Shown: positions 26,581 to 32,000 of the stretch, one piece after another
How the letters are laid out: each line of letters starts with the position of its first letter
Numbering within the stretch: the first letter of the stretch is position 1
DNA from: Opitutales bacterium
GTDB lineage: Bacteria; Verrucomicrobiota; Verrucomicrobiia; Opitutales; PNEW01
Length of the DNA: 32,000 bases
Direction of reading: 5' to 3'
NCBI GenBank assembly: GCA_965219535.1
Contig: CBDCNV010000001.1
Coordinates: forward strand, 480,001 to 512,000
The notes under the pieces: model-generated
Database searches by the model: none
The model's input: only the letters and a program-made list of their open reading frames with translations
Told to the model about the DNA's origin: nothing
Program-made: the position numbers and the translations under genes

Positions 26581-27490
26581 ATTTGTATATTTCATAGTGA
26601 CATCCAAATATCGCGGATATCTTTCCCAGTTGACGGATAAACAATGAGAAACGATCGAGTATTTTTTTCTTACCGAAGGGAAGAGCTGCTACCGTTAATA
26701 GAGTGGCGATGGTCAGAGCTAGTAGTGTCTCAAACATATATTTAAACATCATCAAAAAATTATATTTTTGAAGTTTTAACTGAGCATAGCTCATCCCTTG
26801 ACGAAAATTTCTCCTGAGAAGGTAGTTAATGGTCGCGCGGTCAGATCCTACTTGCTCGTTAATACATATGGATCCGCAGCTGATAAAAAGCTCACCTCTC
26901 TCTTCAGCCTCAGAAAAGAACGCATTATCATAACCACCTCTAAACCCCCAGGTGATGTCAAAGGGGTCATCTTTCCAGTCAAAGACACGTTTTCTTACAA
27001 GTGTTCCACCGGTCCCAACATGATCTCCAGGCATTATTTTACCATCGGGGATATTTGTTTTATAGAAGCCTCTAATCCCTTGCATCCAGCTGGCATTGGG
27101 TGGGAACAAATAGTCGATTCCTAACCTAGCTCCACTTACTGTATCCGGTTGATCAGCCCAGAAGTCTCTTAGTTCTTGAAGAGTGACCGGTGTAAGAATT
27201 TGATCATCGTCGATGAGCAAGACAAGATCCATACTGGCTAATTTGACACACCTATTCCTTCCTTCAGGTTCATTCCTTCGTCTTTCGAGTGTATCGTATA
27301 TTACCTTGAACATTACTTTCTTTTTAAATGATTCGAAAATATATTGTGCGGTGCAGTCAGGATCCGTGTCAACGATCACTATATCCATATCAGCTGGGTC
27401 TGGCAACCATACCTGTTCACACAAGCTAGTCAGTAGATCAGTAAGAAATTGAGGGCGTTTATAAGTAACTATACAAATAGACAGTTTCAC
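26546..27490 (-). CDS. Family-2 glycosyltransferase; its 3' end runs into the IS right inverted repeat
   Basis: 314 aa. N-terminal GT2 signature LSICIVTYKRPQFLTDLLTSL, then IVIVDTD and LIDDDQ, with a hydrophobic C-terminal tail. The last 11 codons (LIGPRFSYQFK-stop, 26546-26581) are IS-derived, so the native C-terminus is replaced. Confidence 0.75.
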   Translation of the reverse strand: MKLSICIVTYKRPQFLTDLLTSLCEQVWLPDPADMDIVIVDTDPDCTAQYIFESFKKKVMFKVIYDTLERRRNEPEGRNRCVKLASMDLVLLIDDDQILTPVTLQELRDFWADQPDTVSGARLGIDYLFPPNASWMQGIRGFYKTNIPDGKIMPGDHVGTGGTLVRKRVFDWKDDPFDITWGFRGGYDNAFFSEAEERGELFISCGSICINEQVGSDRATINYLLRRNFRQGMSYAQLKLQKYNFLMMFKYMFETLLALTIATLLTVAALPFGKKKILDRFSLFIRQLGKISAIFGCHYEIYKLIGPRFSYQFK

Positions 27491-27890
27491 TGGTTAATCA
27501 GTAAGAATTATGATCGACAGTTTGTTAGAAGCATTGAATCACACGGGACCCTGCGAAGGTGTATAATACATGATTTCGATTTTATCGTCTTTTAGCAGAT
27601 GTTCGCGGCAACTAAATCTTTGGTAGGACCAGAGTGTTTTTTACATCGCGTAAATATATCTCCGTGGTATTAACTGAAACGTCTAAATGGTTATAGTATT
27701 TAAAGGACCGCCATAGATCTGTTGTCGCTAAAATATGAAAATCCCCTTATTATTCAATTGTTTCCTATTATCACTATGGATTGATGGGAAGTAGATAATT
27801 GAAATAGTATGCGGAGATCTTAACAATTGAGTAGACCTGATGCTTCATTAAATAGGTTATGTTATATTATATTATAAATCTTGTTTTTTC

Positions 27891-28775
27891 ATGCCAGCTG
27901 TAAGTGTTATTCTTCCTACCTGCAATCGTCATGAATTGCTGCCCCGAGCATTGCATAGCTTAAATAAACAAACATTCAAAGATTTTGAAATCCTCCTCGT
28001 TGACGATAATCCAGTCGACAATCGATTAGCTGATAACAATCAATTGACCCCTTTACTTGAGGACAAACGTATCCGCTTAATAGAACACCATCAATCTGTT
28101 GGATGCGCAAATGCCAAAAATGCCGGGATTCGTCAGGCTAGCGGCGATTGGATTACTTATCTCGACGATGACAACGTCTACTACCCAAAGAAAATTCAGC
28201 TACAACTTGAAAGAGCGGAGTCTACTCATTCTCCCATAGTTCTTTGTGGGATCTGTTTTGACTTGGGATTACGTACACGCGTCAGTCAAGTAAGCTTTTC
28301 TGAATATCATGGAGACGACATTTTACTACAAACCATACCTGATACAAATACGCTCTTTCATCGCAACGATGGCCAATCAATCTACAATGAAGAGATTAAG
28401 ATAGGGGATGATGCATATTTATTTTTTAACCTCATTCATCGCTATTCTCTTACTATGGTTCCTAATGTCACCGAAGCGTTAGTTCGCTATTACATATTAA
28501 ATATCGATAGAGTTAATACTCGCAGTGCCACTGAATTTTGGGTTGGGCGCCGCAAGCTTTACCTGAATTTTATCAAAAATTATTCAGAACAATCAGCAAA
28601 GTTATACCTCGCCCGCATTCTGTTAAGCAGGATTAAATATCAACCTAATGAATGGAGATTGTTTTTTAAAAATTCTGTTCGGCTTTTTAAATTAGGTGGA
28701 ATTAGAGAGTGGCGCTTTGTTGTGAATGTCTTTTTTGTAAAAATTCCATGGATACGTCGATTCGTCATCACTTGA
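27891..28775 (+). CDS. Family-2 glycosyltransferase
   Basis: 294 aa. VSVILPTCNRHELLPRALHSLNKQT, ILLVDDNP and YLDDDN (a DxD motif). Confidence 0.8.
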   Translation: MPAVSVILPTCNRHELLPRALHSLNKQTFKDFEILLVDDNPVDNRLADNNQLTPLLEDKRIRLIEHHQSVGCANAKNAGIRQASGDWITYLDDDNVYYPKKIQLQLERAESTHSPIVLCGICFDLGLRTRVSQVSFSEYHGDDILLQTIPDTNTLFHRNDGQSIYNEEIKIGDDAYLFFNLIHRYSLTMVPNVTEALVRYYILNIDRVNTRSATEFWVGRRKLYLNFIKNYSEQSAKLYLARILLSRIKYQPNEWRLFFKNSVRLFKLGGIREWRFVVNVFFVKIPWIRRFVIT

Positions 28776-28800
28776 TGAGTCTAAATTCTGGTTTATACAA

Positions 28801-29931
28801 ATGGCTATAAATAAAAAAATCAGAATCGTAGTGGCAGGGCAATTTCCTCCTCCATTGTTTGGGCAGAATATCACGATCTTGGACATATATAATGTCCTTA
28901 CCGGTGATGAGGATTTCGAAGTTGAACGTCTACCATTCAATTTTAATTTTGATTTAAAGCGATTAAGGAAAGTAAATATTTCTAAGATAGGAGAACTCTT
29001 TAAAATCGTTGGACGTCTATTCTTATTGCGCTTAAAGGGAAAAATAGACTGTCTGCTTTATCCTGTGGGGGGACCACACCAAGTGCCCGTAATTCGTGAC
29101 ATACTCCTGTTACCCTGGTGTTACATTTTTGCAAGAAATGTGGTTATAAATTTTCAAGCTGCTGGAATTGCCAACATCTTGCCTGAATTTAATTTTCTCA
29201 TCCGTTGGCTGGCACTTCGAATTTACCGTTGTTCCACCAGTGCGATCGTTTGGACACATTTTGGGAAGCAAGATCCAAATAGGCTTGGCATAGAAGAAGT
29301 ATCGGTCATTCCACACTGGTTGACGGATACCTATGAGCCAAAAGTCTTTAAAAAGGGTAGAACAAATACAGTTAATTTACTGTGTGTTGGACTGATCACT
29401 CCCGAGAAAGGGACACCCGCTTTACTTCATGCGTTTTCTCGTTTTAGCACGCAGCATCCGGAATGCAGATTAGTCCTTGTTGGCGAGTGTTTGCCTCCCT
29501 ACACGGAATCTCGACTGCAGAATGATATTGAAAATTTGAACTTAAATGGCTCTGTCGAAGTAACGGGTGTTTTGACCGGTGAAATGAAATGGAGACGTTT
29601 TGCGGAAGCTGATCTTTATGTTTTCCCTACCGTCGCGCCGCAGGAGTCGTTTGGCAGGGTCATGGTTGAGGCAATGATGTGGGCACTACCTGTCGTAGCT
29701 ACTGACTGGCGGGGTAATACGGAGGTATTAGGTGATAATCCCGGTGGCATTTATGTTCCAATTGAACCTGATCTCGTGTTAAATCTAACCGCGGCATTAG
29801 AACACGCGATCGAACAAAGAGACAATTGGAAGGAATGGGGCACTCGGAACCGCGAGCGGTTTCTCAATTGCTTCGATAAATCAAAGGTTGCACCTGACTT
29901 TATCCAATACTTGAAAAGTATGCAAAGATAG
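28801..29931 (+). CDS. GT-B fold glycosyltransferase (GT4 family)
   Basis: 376 aa. C-terminal E-x7-E region ESFGRVMVEAMMWALPVVATDWRGNTE. It starts 25 nt after the preceding GT2 gene. Confidence 0.8.
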   Translation: MAINKKIRIVVAGQFPPPLFGQNITILDIYNVLTGDEDFEVERLPFNFNFDLKRLRKVNISKIGELFKIVGRLFLLRLKGKIDCLLYPVGGPHQVPVIRDILLLPWCYIFARNVVINFQAAGIANILPEFNFLIRWLALRIYRCSTSAIVWTHFGKQDPNRLGIEEVSVIPHWLTDTYEPKVFKKGRTNTVNLLCVGLITPEKGTPALLHAFSRFSTQHPECRLVLVGECLPPYTESRLQNDIENLNLNGSVEVTGVLTGEMKWRRFAEADLYVFPTVAPQESFGRVMVEAMMWALPVVATDWRGNTEVLGDNPGGIYVPIEPDLVLNLTAALEHAIEQRDNWKEWGTRNRERFLNCFDKSKVAPDFIQYLKSMQR

Positions 29932-29996
29932 CCTTTGGCTTTACTTTATTAATAGATTACAAAAAAGGGCGTTGATGTGCTAAATCTATTGGAAAA

Positions 29997-31685
29997 TTGA
30001 GAATTTTTAAAAACCATTTTCGTTTATCTCAATCACTAACGGGTCTGTGCCTGTTAGTTTGTGGATTAATTATATTTAATTTCTTCGGTAATTCTGCCCG
30101 CGGTTATATTGATACGACTTCCCTTTTTTATTGGTGGGGTTTCCAATGGTTTAATCCACAATCACAAACAGAACATGGGCCGATCATCCTTGCATTATCG
30201 CTCTGGTTATTTTACCGCAACCTGAAAGCCACTTCTACTACTCATAACTCGACATCAACCTGGCTCGGTCTTTTTATTATATTTGGTTCATTACTGCTTC
30301 ATATTTTCGGTTACCTGGTACAACAATCACGTATTTCAATCGTCGGATTCCTCGTATTTCTTATTGGCAGTTCCTATCTCCTGGGTGGTTCGCGTTGGGG
30401 CAAGGCAAGTGTCTTTCCCTGCACCCTGATGCTTTTCGCCTTGCCCCTTGAATTTCTCACTAATGCGATTGGCTTTACGATGAGACTTTATGTAATTAAA
30501 GTCTCTTACTTTTTAGCTCAATTTTGCGGTATTGATATTATCAGGAGTGGGACCCAATTGTTATCTGCTGATGGCGCCTATCAATATGATGTGGCCCCTG
30601 CCTGTTCGGGTATTCGTTCACTGGTGGCATTGAGTGCCCTCAGCCTAATCTTGGGCTATCATACTTTCAGAAGCTGGTGGCGACGCGTATTGCTTTTCGT
30701 TCTGAGCATACCCTATGCTTTTGTCGGTAATGTTATTCGTATTTTTACGATAATTATTGTCGCCGAGTTGTTCGGGCAAAAGGCAGGTACACTCGTTCAC
30801 GAGTGGTTTGGTTTTATCATCTTTATCATCGTACTGGGGCTGGCTATGCTTACCGTTTCACTATTGGGCCGCTATTTACCGGAAACTGACAAAAAAGGGG
30901 TAGATTCATTCGATTCACTTCACGAGCATTCCGATTCGAAGATTAAAGCAATCCTTCCTTTTACGGGAGTGGGGACAACAGTTTTAATTAGTGCACTTTT
31001 ACTATCCTCGCTTTTTACGGCGATGTTGACGCGGCGGATTGACTCAATTACCCATAATGGCAAATGCGGTATCGCGCTCGCGGTTAATGAAGTGGACCCT
31101 GTTCCCTTTCCATCGATGCTTAATATCGATTGGGCAGGACGGGAATATCCGGTGAGTAAAGTGGAAAAGGATAACTTGCCGCCAGATACCGGATTCTCTC
31201 GGAAAAGTTATGTCAATCTCTTACACCCCGAACAGGAGGTGAAAATATCCATCGTATTAAGCGGGAAAGACCGGTCTTCCATCCATCGGCCTGAGCTTTG
31301 CCTCGTGGGTCAGGGGTGGACGATTAAAGACAATTTCGCTCATAATTTTTCGGTTCCAGAAATGAAAGGAGGGTTGCTTCCCACTACCGTTTTACGGGTT
31401 GAACATTCTTTGACTAATGTAGACGATACTGAAGTCTTGATTCCTGCACTTTTTGCCTACTGGTTTGTCGGCGCGGATACGGTTGTTCCAACGCACGGGG
31501 AGCGGTTATTTCAAATGGCGCGGGAAAGACTTTTTGGATTTAACGTCAACCGCTGGGCTTATGTCTTTGCACAAACTATTTGTCTCGATGGAGAGGACGC
31601 GGGCTTAGAACGCTTACAGGAAGTTATCGCATTAACGTTAGATCAGTTTCAAGAGGTTGGATTTAGTGAGGAGGATGAATCATAA
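29997..31685 (+). CDS. Exosortase (Xrt family) fused to a C-terminal EpsI-family domain
   Basis: 562 aa with a TTG start. The N-terminal polytopic part of about 300 aa carries the exosortase catalytic-site motifs APACSGIRSL (Cys), GNVIRI (Arg) and HEWFGF (His). After one more TM helix, the C-terminal part of about 200 aa has the EpsI signature HRPELCLVGQGW and YWFVG. Confidence 0.8.
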   Translation: MRIFKNHFRLSQSLTGLCLLVCGLIIFNFFGNSARGYIDTTSLFYWWGFQWFNPQSQTEHGPIILALSLWLFYRNLKATSTTHNSTSTWLGLFIIFGSLLLHIFGYLVQQSRISIVGFLVFLIGSSYLLGGSRWGKASVFPCTLMLFALPLEFLTNAIGFTMRLYVIKVSYFLAQFCGIDIIRSGTQLLSADGAYQYDVAPACSGIRSLVALSALSLILGYHTFRSWWRRVLLFVLSIPYAFVGNVIRIFTIIIVAELFGQKAGTLVHEWFGFIIFIIVLGLAMLTVSLLGRYLPETDKKGVDSFDSLHEHSDSKIKAILPFTGVGTTVLISALLLSSLFTAMLTRRIDSITHNGKCGIALAVNEVDPVPFPSMLNIDWAGREYPVSKVEKDNLPPDTGFSRKSYVNLLHPEQEVKISIVLSGKDRSSIHRPELCLVGQGWTIKDNFAHNFSVPEMKGGLLPTTVLRVEHSLTNVDDTEVLIPALFAYWFVGADTVVPTHGERLFQMARERLFGFNVNRWAYVFAQTICLDGEDAGLERLQEVIALTLDQFQEVGFSEEDES

Positions 31686-31841
31686 CAATTATGAATTATC
31701 GTATCACCCTTTTATTTAAAGCCATTATTGAGTAATATATTATTTGATGTATCATTAATAGAATTCAATAGATGTTTTTTCCTTCAATATAAGAAAAGGG
31801 GTTGTTTCAATTTTACTTTAACTGCTTAATTCTGTCGAAAA

Positions 31842-32000
31842 ATGAATATGTCATTTTCTCTTAAGTACTTTTCTCCCATCATCATCACATTGATTCTGAT
31901 CGCAAATTCTGCAGAAGCTTATAACGAGAAAATTCTGGACGCGCGAATCGACAGGGCATCGAAGTACTTTAATTCGGTAATGAACACTCCACAATCCCGA
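31842..32000 (+). CDS. 5' end of a secreted protein (possibly SYLF/DUF500 lipid-binding family); runs off the window
   Basis: Hand translation gives MNMSFSLKYFSPIIITLILIANSAEA/YNEKILDARIDRASKYFNSVMNTPQSR. It has a signal peptide with an A-x-A site. The mature N-terminus resembles SYLF-domain proteins, but only 53 codons are visible. Confidence 0.4.
   Translation, partial: MNMSFSLKYFSPIIITLILIANSAEAYNEKILDARIDRASKYFNSVMNTPQSR

Noticed and set aside
1-32000. CRISPR arrays, tRNA/rRNA genes, prophage or defence-system genes
   Set aside because: I found no regularly spaced direct repeats, no tRNA T-arm/acceptor patterns in intergenic regions, and no nuclease, ATPase or toxin-type gene sets. The only mobile element seen is the single IS3-family copy.

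Overview
This is a 32-kb chromosomal window, moderately AT-rich. The gene content resembles a PVC-group (Verrucomicrobiota-like) bacterium, but that is inference only. About 1-21.2 kb is mostly housekeeping. It holds a 5' part of a DinG-like helicase, a COG1579 zinc-ribbon gene, RNase P RNA, rpsT and an untracked 31-aa Arg/Lys-rich bS22-like ORF. It also holds a DapA/NanA-family lyase, xseA, a TVP38 membrane protein and a GT-C/TPR glycosyltransferase convergent with a methyltransferase-GT2 fusion. Further along are a Gfo/Idh/MocA plus TIM-barrel isomerase pair, and a NUDIX gene back-to-back with an Fpg/Nei glycosylase. The section ends with DUF2062 plus a Tat-signal NamZ-like DUF1343 gene, a leaderless sulfatase, glycerate kinase, RNase G/E and RodA. 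About 21.3-31.7 kb is an accessory glycan locus arranged divergently around a 400-bp AT-rich gap. On the minus strand it reads GT2, a decayed IS3-family element, a Wzx-like flippase remnant, a sulfotransferase, a methyltransferase and an O-antigen-ligase/Wzy-like gene split by one in-frame TAA. On the plus strand it reads GT2, GT4 and an exosortase fused to an EpsI domain. The main candidate system is this exosortase-linked locus for a probably sulfated or methylated glycan, and it shows several inactivating lesions. I saw no CRISPR array, tRNA, rRNA or recognisable defence system. All family calls come from reading motifs by eye in the supplied translations and in my own hand translations. 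No database search was possible, so family and subfamily names are hypotheses until HMM or BLAST checks are done.
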